Shown here piece after piece: positions 26,721 to 34,513 of a stretch of DNA of 64,000 nt; the stretch's first letter is position 1; each line of letters opens with the position of its first letter. The stretch is from Desulfobulbaceae bacterium (lineage in GTDB: Bacteria > Desulfobacterota > Desulfobulbia > Desulfobulbales > SURF-16), in contig JAGXFQ010000039.1 in the NCBI GenBank assembly GCA_024637145.1, positions 2,860 to 66,859 on the forward strand, in the 5' to 3' direction. Under the pieces are notes generated by a model. It had not been told where the DNA came from. It did no database searches and saw only the letters and a list, made by a program, of their open reading frames with translations. Made by a program: the position numbers and the translations under genes.

Positions 26721-26794
26721 ATACCACAAGGGCATAAGTTTCGTTTGCACCCTAAAGGGCATAAAAGCAGACAAGCTGCTCAACTCAGCTATAT
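26721..26794. repeat. Inverted copy of the 23.9-kb repeat element
   Basis: The reverse complement of 26721-26794 aligns with 23887-23960. The stretch 26729-26790 is a 62-nt perfect match to 23891-23952 on the opposite strand. Confidence 0.9.
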
Positions 26795-26881
26795 ACGCGG
26801 CGCCGGTTTGATCGCGAAAATCTCCGGCACCCTGCAAACAGTTACAACTCCCGTGGTTCTTATAATTGAGATGGCCATGGG

Positions 26882-27601
26882 GTGAGCAGTGACAATTATC
26901 CCAGGGCTCAGGACCCGTTATTCACAATTATGCCCCCTATGCATCGTATAGTCCAGCCCGGACGGCTGCCAGGAACACTCCGCTCAGAATCGGGAGAAGA
27001 GCTTACCCCGGCTGCGGACTGGGCCTTTCTTCCTGCCGGGGATGCAGCCATCACCAGAAGTGTCAAGGCCCAGACCGACACCTGGGTCGTCCAGATACGC
27101 CGGGGCAAGAGGCTGATCTCCACGGGCATCTGGGCCAAAGAAGCGACCATCCTGGCCGCACAGCAGGAGGTCGAAGCCAAGAGATCAACCCCGGAATATG
27201 AGGGACGGCGACAAAAGGATCTTGCCCGACGCCAAGCCAGACATAATGCCTATGTCGACGAGTTTTGCGCTGAGGTCATCCATTTCCTCGATTTTCATCC
27301 GCGCTATGGGCAGATGGCCTCTCTTCTTGCCGGGAAAATCACTGCCCACGCCACCCCGGTGGGAAGCGGCACCGTGGCAAGGACCGAACGGATCCCCGTG
27401 GCCAGACGGGCAGAGGCCGCGGTTATCGCCTGGCTGCGGCATCAGACCACGGCCTACGACTCCATGCGTATCGCCCGGATAAAGGGCAAAAGAAAAGAGG
27501 TGCGCAGAGAGCTCGCCGTAAAATCTGTCGCGGTACTGCAGCCCTATCGGCAGGGCCTTGATATTGCCGCACACTGTCCCCTGCAAAAAACCTTGGCCTG
27601 A
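26882..27601 (+). CDS. DUF2293-like protein
   Basis: 239-aa ORF (GTG 26882; ATG alternatives at 26930 and 26939). The C-half ..VARTERIPVARRAEAAVIAWLRHQTTAYDSM.IARIKGKRKEVRR resembles DUF2293 as I recall it. Confidence 0.5.
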   Translation: MSSDNYPRAQDPLFTIMPPMHRIVQPGRLPGTLRSESGEELTPAADWAFLPAGDAAITRSVKAQTDTWVVQIRRGKRLISTGIWAKEATILAAQQEVEAKRSTPEYEGRRQKDLARRQARHNAYVDEFCAEVIHFLDFHPRYGQMASLLAGKITAHATPVGSGTVARTERIPVARRAEAAVIAWLRHQTTAYDSMRIARIKGKRKEVRRELAVKSVAVLQPYRQGLDIAAHCPLQKTLA

Positions 27602-28083
27602 GATCTGCCAGCGCCTTCTTCCCTGCCCTTAATCATGCGGGATTGCCTGCCCCCTCTCCCCTTGCCCACCACAACCCAGCCGGATCACCTGGAGGCAGCG
27701 ATCCGATGCCCACAGAAAATGGTCTCTTTGCCGGTGGAGCCGTATACCCTGCCGACGTTGTTTATCCTGTCCATTCCCCGCCAATCTGTACCCCCATAAA
27801 CCCCGCCTCAGAAAAAGTTCACAAGGCCCCCCCCTCCAGCAAAGAACATAAAGGCCTCCCAGTTGAGCGCCGCGAACGTATTTCCCCTCCTTGCCAACCA
27901 AAAACCATGATATTTATGAATTTAATTTGACAAGTTACGTCCTTTGATCATAGCGTTAGAACTGCATGGGAGAAAACCCGTCATACTCATGTTGGCCTTT
28001 GGTCAGTGATTGACCAAAAACGACCAGCAGAATCCGCTCATCAGGCTCTATTTCAAAATACACATTCCTCGGAGAACATTGCA

Positions 28084-28575
28084 ATGAACATGACCGAAAT
28101 CAAGTCAAAGGCCAGAAACCTAGGAGTACAGGTCGGCAGGCTGCCGAAGAAAGATCTCATTCGCTCTATCCAGAACAAGGAAGGCAACTTCCCCTGCTTT
28201 GCCACCGCCAAAGATTACTGCAGTCAAAAGCTGTGCTGCTGGCGCGATGCCTGCCTGCCCACCAAGAAAAAGAGCCTGACCGCCTGGGAAACGAAAAAAA
28301 ATACCTACACCGAGAAACTGACTGTTCAACTTGCGGAGCTTAAAAAAGAAATCACGGAGCTTAAGAAAAAGACCAAGACACTAGTGGGTAAGGGCAAGGA
28401 AGAGGCCGTGGCTGACATCAACAAGATTGAACTCAAAATGGCGGAGCTCAAGGAAAAGAGTCAAAAGCTTGCCGTTGCCACTGAAGACGCCTGGAAAATC
28501 AAGAAAAAGGCCCTTGACGATATCAGGGACGATCTCAACAAAACCTTTAAGAAGGCAGTAAAAAAATTGAAATAG
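28084..28575 (+). CDS. Rho_N/SAP-like domain protein with Cys motif and Lys-rich coiled-coil tail
   Basis: Trimmed to the ATG at 28084. MTEIKSKARNLGVQVGRLPKKDLIRSIQNKEGNFPCF....DYC....CCWRDAC follows the Rho-termination-factor-N-like/SAP pattern with conserved Cys. The remainder is a K/E-rich helix. Confidence 0.55.
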   Translation: MNMTEIKSKARNLGVQVGRLPKKDLIRSIQNKEGNFPCFATAKDYCSQKLCCWRDACLPTKKKSLTAWETKKNTYTEKLTVQLAELKKEITELKKKTKTLVGKGKEEAVADINKIELKMAELKEKSQKLAVATEDAWKIKKKALDDIRDDLNKTFKKAVKKLK

Positions 28576-28788
28576 AGATACGCTCCGTCCGCTTGGGATG
28601 GGAATTGGGAGAGGGGGTGGTGGTCAGTGGTGTGTCAAGAAGAGGTAAGGCTATAAGGGCCAGGACTGAAGAAAAGGGGTATCAGCGCCATACTCTCCGC
28701 TAGACAGAGAGTGTGGCCCGCCCAAAAAAGTGCCCCCAGTAGAGATATCAACCGCTTTGACCCCTATCAATAGGCTGGCTCACGCCCC

Positions 28789-29232
28789 CTATTGATAGGG
28801 GTTAAAGGTAAGGACTGGACAGGGGGCCTTTTTCACCACCCTCCCGGCCACCGAGCCCAGCAGGATCTTCTCAAGACCCTTGACACCGTGGGTGCCAATG
28901 ACCAGCAGATCGGCCTTTTCATCAGTGGCATACTCTATAATACCATCCTCCACATCACCCACCAGCACCTTGCCGGTACACTTGACAGACTCTGAGCTGT
29001 TATCTGTCAGCAGATGCTCCATCTTTTTTTCGGCCTGCTGGCGGAGCTCATTTTCAACATCCTCAAAAGAAGGGTGGGCAATACCTGCATAGCGGCCGCC
29101 ATACCCCTCTGCCACATGGACAAAAGAAACGTTGGCCGCAAAGCATTTGGCCACATAGACGGCATATTCAACAATTTTAGCCGTATGCTGAGAAAAATCT
29201 ACAGGGACAACTATTTTGCGAACTTCCTTCAT
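28789..29232 (-). CDS. Universal stress protein (UspA family)
   Basis: 147-aa ORF. It has KIVVPVDFS..., ...DLLVIGTHGVKGLEKILLGSVAGRVVKKAPCPVL and a G-x2-G-x9-G(S/T) ATP-binding-type motif. Confidence 0.85.
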   Translation of the reverse strand: MKEVRKIVVPVDFSQHTAKIVEYAVYVAKCFAANVSFVHVAEGYGGRYAGIAHPSFEDVENELRQQAEKKMEHLLTDNSSESVKCTGKVLVGDVEDGIIEYATDEKADLLVIGTHGVKGLEKILLGSVAGRVVKKAPCPVLTFNPYQ

Positions 29233-29285
29233 GGCTTTTCCTCCCTTTTTTTATCTCAAGCGCGTGGCTGCCGCACCTTTTGACC

Positions 29286-29301
29286 TGGCCACTTACTTGC
29301 C
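29286..29301 (+). promoter_or_regulatory. Sigma-54-type -24/-12 promoter candidate far upstream of rtcB
   Basis: TGGCCACTTACTTGCC has GG at 29287-88 and GC at 29299-300 with 10 nt between them (TGGC-N7-TTGC). It lies about 275 nt upstream of the rtcB ATG. Confidence 0.35.
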
Positions 29302-29573
29302 TCCCTACTTTTAGTAAGTATAAGCCCGGCCCTCTGCAAATATCAAGATGGAAATAGAGATCAGCCAGCCGAGCCAGGGCCCTAAACTATATATCTCCAC
29401 CATGGCCACGGCTCCATTGACTTGCCAGCCCTGTTCTTCTTATCATTGTTTGACAGAAACTGGGCAAACGCACTGCCGTCTGCCTGGAGCCAGGGATTTC
29501 CCCTTCCTTGGCCCGGGGCGTCGGCAAATGTCTTCTTTAAGGCACCATGCCTGGGTCTGCTAGCGGGGCAGCC

Positions 29574-30749
29574 ATGAAAACAGAAATACGCAGCGAAAAG
29601 CTGCCCATCAAACTCTGGCTTGACGACATTGAAGAGGGGGCCTTAGAACAGGCCAGACACCTGGCTAACCTGCCCTTCAGCCACAAGCATATAGCAGTAA
29701 TGCCGGATGCCCACCTGGGCTACGGCATGCCCATTGGCGGCGTCATGGCCACTCATGGTGTCATTATCCCCAACGCCGTGGGGGTGGATATCGGCTGCGG
29801 CATGTGCGCCCTGCAGACCTCCTTGAGCAACATAAGTACCGATCAGCTCAAGGCAATCATGAGTGGTATCCGCCGCCTTGTCCCCCTGGGATTCAGGCAT
29901 CATGACACCAAACAGAAGAGGGAACTCATGCCCAAGCCGCCGGCAGGACTCTCACTTACCGACCTGCCCATTGTCCACCAGGAGTATGAGCATGCCCGCA
30001 CCCAGCTCGGCACCCTGGGCGGCGGCAATCATTTCATCGAGATCCAGAAAGGCAGTGATGGCCATATCTGGATCATGATCCACTCAGGTAGCCGCAATCT
30101 GGGTTTCAAGGTGGCCAATTTTTACAACAGAGTGGCCAGCCAGCTTAATGCCCAAGGGGGTTCAAATATCCCGGTCAACTGGCAGCTTGCCTACCTCCCC
30201 CTGGATTTGCCGGAGGGCCGCCAATATCTCGCCGAGATGGAGTACTGTGTCACCTTTGCCCTGGCCAACCGCACCTTTATGATGGAGCGGATCAAGGATA
30301 TTTTCCAGCTCGTCAGCGGCACCGTGAAGTTCGGCACCTTTATCAATATTGCCCATAACTATGCGGCCCTGGAAAACCACTATCACCAGAATGTCATGGT
30401 CCATCGCAAAGGGGCCACCCGCGCTCTGCCCGGTGAGTATGGTATCATTCCCGGTTCCCAGGGTACCCCCAGTTACATTGTGCAGGGTAAGGGCAATGAG
30501 GAGAGTTTCCACTCCTGTTCCCATGGCGCCGGCCGCCGCATGGGCCGCAAACAGGCGCAACGCCAACTCGACCTGGAAGATGAAAGAAAAATCCTGAATG
30601 ATCAAGGCATCATCCATGCCCTCCGTTCACGCCGGGATCTGGACGAGGCTGCCGGGGCCTATAAAGAAATCGACAAGGTCATTGACAATCAGCTGGACCT
30701 GGTGGAGGTGGTGGTTTCCCTGCGTCCCCTGGCCGTAATTAAGGGTTGA
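29574..30749 (+). CDS. rtcB: RtcB-family RNA 3'-phosphate ligase
   Basis: Trimmed to the ATG at 29574. It carries VMPDAHLGYGMPIGGV, VGVDIGCGM, GGGNHFIEIQ, HSGSRNLG, HNYA, HRKGAT, GS.G..SY and SCSHGAGR, the full set of RtcB metal/GMP-His motifs. Confidence 0.9.
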   Translation: MKTEIRSEKLPIKLWLDDIEEGALEQARHLANLPFSHKHIAVMPDAHLGYGMPIGGVMATHGVIIPNAVGVDIGCGMCALQTSLSNISTDQLKAIMSGIRRLVPLGFRHHDTKQKRELMPKPPAGLSLTDLPIVHQEYEHARTQLGTLGGGNHFIEIQKGSDGHIWIMIHSGSRNLGFKVANFYNRVASQLNAQGGSNIPVNWQLAYLPLDLPEGRQYLAEMEYCVTFALANRTFMMERIKDIFQLVSGTVKFGTFINIAHNYAALENHYHQNVMVHRKGATRALPGEYGIIPGSQGTPSYIVQGKGNEESFHSCSHGAGRRMGRKQAQRQLDLEDERKILNDQGIIHALRSRRDLDEAAGAYKEIDKVIDNQLDLVEVVVSLRPLAVIKG

Positions 30750-31065
30750 ACTTGGGGATGTTTGACAGCCGGGACTGCGAGCCCATAAGGATAAAGGAGC
30801 AGCATCGCCCCTCAAGACCTTGATTGTCCGCCTGCAGGAACCGAGAAAAGATATTGGTTACCCCCTTCTCTGGACGAAGATGGCGCATCTTCTCCATCCG
30901 GGCAGATGCAGGAAGACCGCGACCATCTATCACCATCACAAAAAGGCCCGGGGGTATGGGTCTGCCAGAAGAGCAAGCGCCGCCTAACATAAGGGGACCA
31001 TGAAGAGGAAGCAAAGTCCCACAGACACATTCACGGCATAAAAAAGCAGGTAAGAGGAAAGGAAG

Positions 31066-32721
31066 ATGACAGAAGAAGTCAGCTGGGCCAGGTCGCCGCA
31101 CGAGGAGCGGCGGACAAGGCAGGACCTGCGCGCCCACCAGATAGAACTGGAACTACAGAATGAGACATTGCGGCAGACCCAGGAAGACCTTCTGGTCTCC
31201 CAGAAGAAATACGCCGACCTGTACGACTTTGCCCCGGTAGGCTACCTGACCGTAAGCGCCGGGGGCTTGATCACGGAGGCCAACCTCACTGCCGCCAGAA
31301 TGCTGGGTCTGGAAAGAGGCGTTCTTATTAAAAAACCGCTCTCTCTGTTTCTGGCCAAGGAAGAGCAGGACCGCCATTATCTCTGCCGGAATCGACTTCT
31401 GCAAGACAAAGAACAACAGACCTGCCACATGCCCCTGCAGAGAAAGGATGGCCGGGAATTTGACGCCCAATGCCGATGTGTCACCAGTCCGGGTGTGGAC
31501 GGCAATGACGGCCAATTCCGCATGGTGATCACCGACATCTCCGAACAGAAAAAGGCTGAACGGGAAAAAAACAGACTGGCGGTCCAACTTCGTCAATCCC
31601 ACAAAATGCAGGCCGTGGGAACCTTGGCCGGCGGCATCGCCCATGAGTTTAACAACCTCCTTGGCATTATCATGGGCTTTGCCGACCTGGCCCGGGAACA
31701 GATCCCCACCGACAACCTGGGCCGACAACACCTGGACAAAGTGATGGTCGCCTCGCACCGGGCAAAAAATCTGGTGCAGCAGCTGCTCACCTTCAGCAGG
31801 AAGTCCCCCCATAAACGGACCCCCACCTCCCTGCAACCGCTGCTCAAAGAGTCCATCAGTCTTATTAAGCCGTCCCTGCCGGCTTCAGTGCAGATCAATG
31901 AGGACATAGCCTCCGGCTCCTTCAGGGTGCTTATTGACCCCACGGAAATCCAGCAGATAGTCATGAATGTCTGCGCCAACGCTGTCTGGGCCATGCGCGA
32001 AAAAGGGGATCTGGCCATCAACCTCAGGCAGGTGCAGCAATCAGACAAAGAGCCCGCAACAGCAGACCTGCCTGCAGGCAAATATGCCTGCCTCTCTTTC
32101 AGAGATAGCGGCCCCGGCATGGACAAGCAAACATTGGCCAGGATTTTCGACCCCTTTTTCACCACCAAAGAGGTGGGTCAGGGCACGGGCATGGGATTAT
32201 CCATCCTGCATGGCATCATGACAAGCTGTAGTGGCAAGATCCTGGTGGAGAGCGAGGTGGGCACCGGTACAACCTTCCACTTTTACCTGCCGCTCACCAC
32301 GGAACCGGACGTAGCCGGGCCTCCTGAAATCACAGAATACCTGGGTCACGGCGAACATATCCTTTTTGTTGACGACGAAGAATTGTATGCGGAAATGAGC
32401 TGCGAGATGCTCTCCTACCTCGGCTATAACATCGACCTGCAGATAAACAGCGCGGCTGCCCTGGCTGCCTTCAAGGCTGATCCTGACAAATATGACTTGA
32501 TCATCACCGATCAGATTATGCCCAACCTGTCAGGGGATGATTTGACAAAGGAAATCCGCACCCTGCGGCCGACAATCCCCATCATTCTGTGCACCGGCTA
32601 TAGTAATCAGATTAATGCGGAAACAATCAAGGTCCTGCACATCAATGCCTTTGTCATGAAACCGCTGAGCAAGGGGGAGCTTCCCAGGCTGATCCGCAGG
32701 ACGCTGGATAGCGGCAAATGA
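31066..32721 (+). CDS. Hybrid sensor histidine kinase (coiled coil-PAS-HisKA-HATPase_c-REC)
   Basis: PAS (YDFAPVGYLTVSAGGLITEAN), H-box GGIAHEFNNLLGII, N-box NVCANAVWAM, G-boxes RDSGPGM and GQGTGMGLS. The C-terminal receiver has ILFVDDE ... LIITDQIMP ... K. Confidence 0.85.
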   Translation: MTEEVSWARSPHEERRTRQDLRAHQIELELQNETLRQTQEDLLVSQKKYADLYDFAPVGYLTVSAGGLITEANLTAARMLGLERGVLIKKPLSLFLAKEEQDRHYLCRNRLLQDKEQQTCHMPLQRKDGREFDAQCRCVTSPGVDGNDGQFRMVITDISEQKKAEREKNRLAVQLRQSHKMQAVGTLAGGIAHEFNNLLGIIMGFADLAREQIPTDNLGRQHLDKVMVASHRAKNLVQQLLTFSRKSPHKRTPTSLQPLLKESISLIKPSLPASVQINEDIASGSFRVLIDPTEIQQIVMNVCANAVWAMREKGDLAINLRQVQQSDKEPATADLPAGKYACLSFRDSGPGMDKQTLARIFDPFFTTKEVGQGTGMGLSILHGIMTSCSGKILVESEVGTGTTFHFYLPLTTEPDVAGPPEITEYLGHGEHILFVDDEELYAEMSCEMLSYLGYNIDLQINSAAALAAFKADPDKYDLIITDQIMPNLSGDDLTKEIRTLRPTIPIILCTGYSNQINAETIKVLHINAFVMKPLSKGELPRLIRRTLDSGK

Positions 32722-33686
32722 GCTTTCTTAACATTCACCAGAATCAAGTTGCAAAGGATGCCTTCATGACCAGCAATGTTTCTATTCTTATTGCAGACGA
32801 TAACCCTGACTACCTGGAATTGCTTCAAAATTTCCTGTCATCCTTCGGCCATCAAAAGGTGATGCTGGCCCATGACGGCCTGGCCGCTGTTGCTCTGCTT
32901 GAGAAAAACACCTTTGATATCATCATTACCGACATCAAAATGCCGCACATGGATGGCATGCACCTTATTCACCATGTCAAGACCCATACCCCCTTGACCG
33001 ATATCATGGTGATGACCGGCTTTAGCTCCGAGTACAGCTTCAACGATATCATCAAGGCCGGAGCCATTGAATATTTGAGTAAGCCCTTTACCAGGGATGA
33101 ATTGGAGGCCAAACTAAACCGGGTGATCCGGGAGCGAAATTCCGTGGCCTTGCTGCAAAAAGAAATCAGGGAGCGTAAGCAGGTGGAGAAAAAATTGCGC
33201 CAGGCCCGTGACGGACTGGGTATCCAGGTAGCGGATCGGACAAAGGCCCTGGAGCGCCAAAAGGCCCGACTCGAACAGACCAATACGGCTCTCAAAATCC
33301 TCCTTGATAAAAGAGAACAGGACAAGCAGGACCTGGGGGATCAGGTCATGGCCCAAGTCAAACAGCTTATAGATCCTTATATCAATATGTTACACAGCAC
33401 CAACCTCAATGATGAACAGAGCGCCGTACTCAACATCATCACGGCAAATCTACAGGAAATCGTCTCCCCCTTTGCCCAGAGGTTCTCGGCCATGCAGGCC
33501 CGTTTAACCCCCACGGAAATCAAGATCGCCAATTTGATCAAACAAGGCATGACTTCCAAGGATATCGCCGCTCTGTTAAAATCATCCCCCGGCACCATCG
33601 ACATTCACCGCAAAAATATCCGCAAGAAATGTGGTCTGGCCAGCAAGAAGCTCAACCTCCGCAGCTTCCTGCTTTCCCGCCAATAA
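32718..33686 (+). CDS. Response regulator: REC - coiled coil - LuxR-type HTH
   Basis: The ATG at 32718 overlaps the kinase stop (ATGA); the alternative ATG is at 32766. It has ILIADDNPDY..IIITDIKMPHMDG..K, then a helical linker, then LTPTEIKIANLIKQGMTSKDIAALLKSSPGTIDIHRKNIRKKCGL. Confidence 0.85.
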   Translation: MSFLNIHQNQVAKDAFMTSNVSILIADDNPDYLELLQNFLSSFGHQKVMLAHDGLAAVALLEKNTFDIIITDIKMPHMDGMHLIHHVKTHTPLTDIMVMTGFSSEYSFNDIIKAGAIEYLSKPFTRDELEAKLNRVIRERNSVALLQKEIRERKQVEKKLRQARDGLGIQVADRTKALERQKARLEQTNTALKILLDKREQDKQDLGDQVMAQVKQLIDPYINMLHSTNLNDEQSAVLNIITANLQEIVSPFAQRFSAMQARLTPTEIKIANLIKQGMTSKDIAALLKSSPGTIDIHRKNIRKKCGLASKKLNLRSFLLSRQ

Positions 33687-33868
33687 TGGATATATTAACT
33701 ATCTATTCCATATCTCATTTTCCCCCATTGCCCACTTCACCCCTTTGCTATTAAAAATATACTGCGTCGCCAAACAGTAATTGTCTTTTTTCAAGTAAAA
33801 AAATCTTATTAGAGAAGCGACAAGATTGCCTCTGTCGCCTTTATCAGAAACATTTGGGAGAAATCAGC

Positions 33869-34420
33869 ATGCCTCTGCCACAAAGTATCGAGAACTCAGA
33901 AGCACCCCCCAAACAGGGGGTTTTTAATTTCAAGAAACTGATGGCAAAGACGGCCGTCCACCTGGGTATCAAGCTTGAGGCCAAAGGGTTTTTCCTGGAT
34001 ATCGCCGTATCCCCCGAGATCCCGCGCTACTTCCACGGCGATCCTCAGCTGGTTGAAAAAATAGTACACACCTTGGTGGGCCACAGCATGAAATGCCTCG
34101 ATAATGGCGGCATTACCATCCGCATCAACACCCTTGATTTTACCGCCCAAGGCAACCATCGCCTGGTTATCAGCATCAATGAATCAAGCCATGGCATGAT
34201 GCCGGAAGAAGTGCAGACCATCAACCAATCTCTCCAAGAACAGCAGTGGCAGGATACAGATGGAACCATCTCTCCACACCTGTGCATAGCCGCCAAATGG
34301 ATCCAATCACTGGGCGGTCATCTCACCATAGAGAGTGTGTTCGGATGGGGAACTAGGTATCTCATCACCCTCAATCTCTGCGTGGCAGGGTGTGACAATT
34401 CCTGCCTGGGGGCCGCCTAA
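33869..34420 (+). CDS. Stand-alone, degenerate HATPase_c-like protein (pseudo-kinase ATP-lid domain, no DHp/His)
   Basis: ATG at 33869 has GGGAG 8 nt upstream. GDPQLVEKIVHTLVGHSMKCLDNGGITIRI matches the N-box region but Asn is replaced. LVISINESSHGMM replaces the D-x-G-x-G G1 box. ISPHLCIA replaces G-x-G-L-G. The end GGHLTIESVFGWGTRYLITL is the normal HATPase_c C-terminus. Confidence 0.6.
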   Translation: MPLPQSIENSEAPPKQGVFNFKKLMAKTAVHLGIKLEAKGFFLDIAVSPEIPRYFHGDPQLVEKIVHTLVGHSMKCLDNGGITIRINTLDFTAQGNHRLVISINESSHGMMPEEVQTINQSLQEQQWQDTDGTISPHLCIAAKWIQSLGGHLTIESVFGWGTRYLITLNLCVAGCDNSCLGAA

Positions 34421-34513
34421 AGAGAGTACCCCCTGGTCACCCTCCTTAAAAGCCCCTTCTGCTTCTTATTTTTTTCACAAAAAAAAGCCTTTATTGCCAA
34501 CTCGGAGTGAATC

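Noticed and set aside
23832-26794. Idea that the inverted repeats delimit an invertible segment or a composite transposon.
   Set aside because: No recombinase, invertase or transposase is present in or near the segment. The content (kef-type antiporter, yciH) is housekeeping-like. Invertons are usually short promoter-bearing segments. I kept this only as a repeat-element finding.
29348-29563. 71-aa ORF in the rtcB leader (MEIEISQPSQGPK...).
   Set aside because: It has no SD and its sequence is Cys/Pro/Gly-rich and non-protein-like. It is more likely untranslated leader. I cannot exclude a leader peptide.
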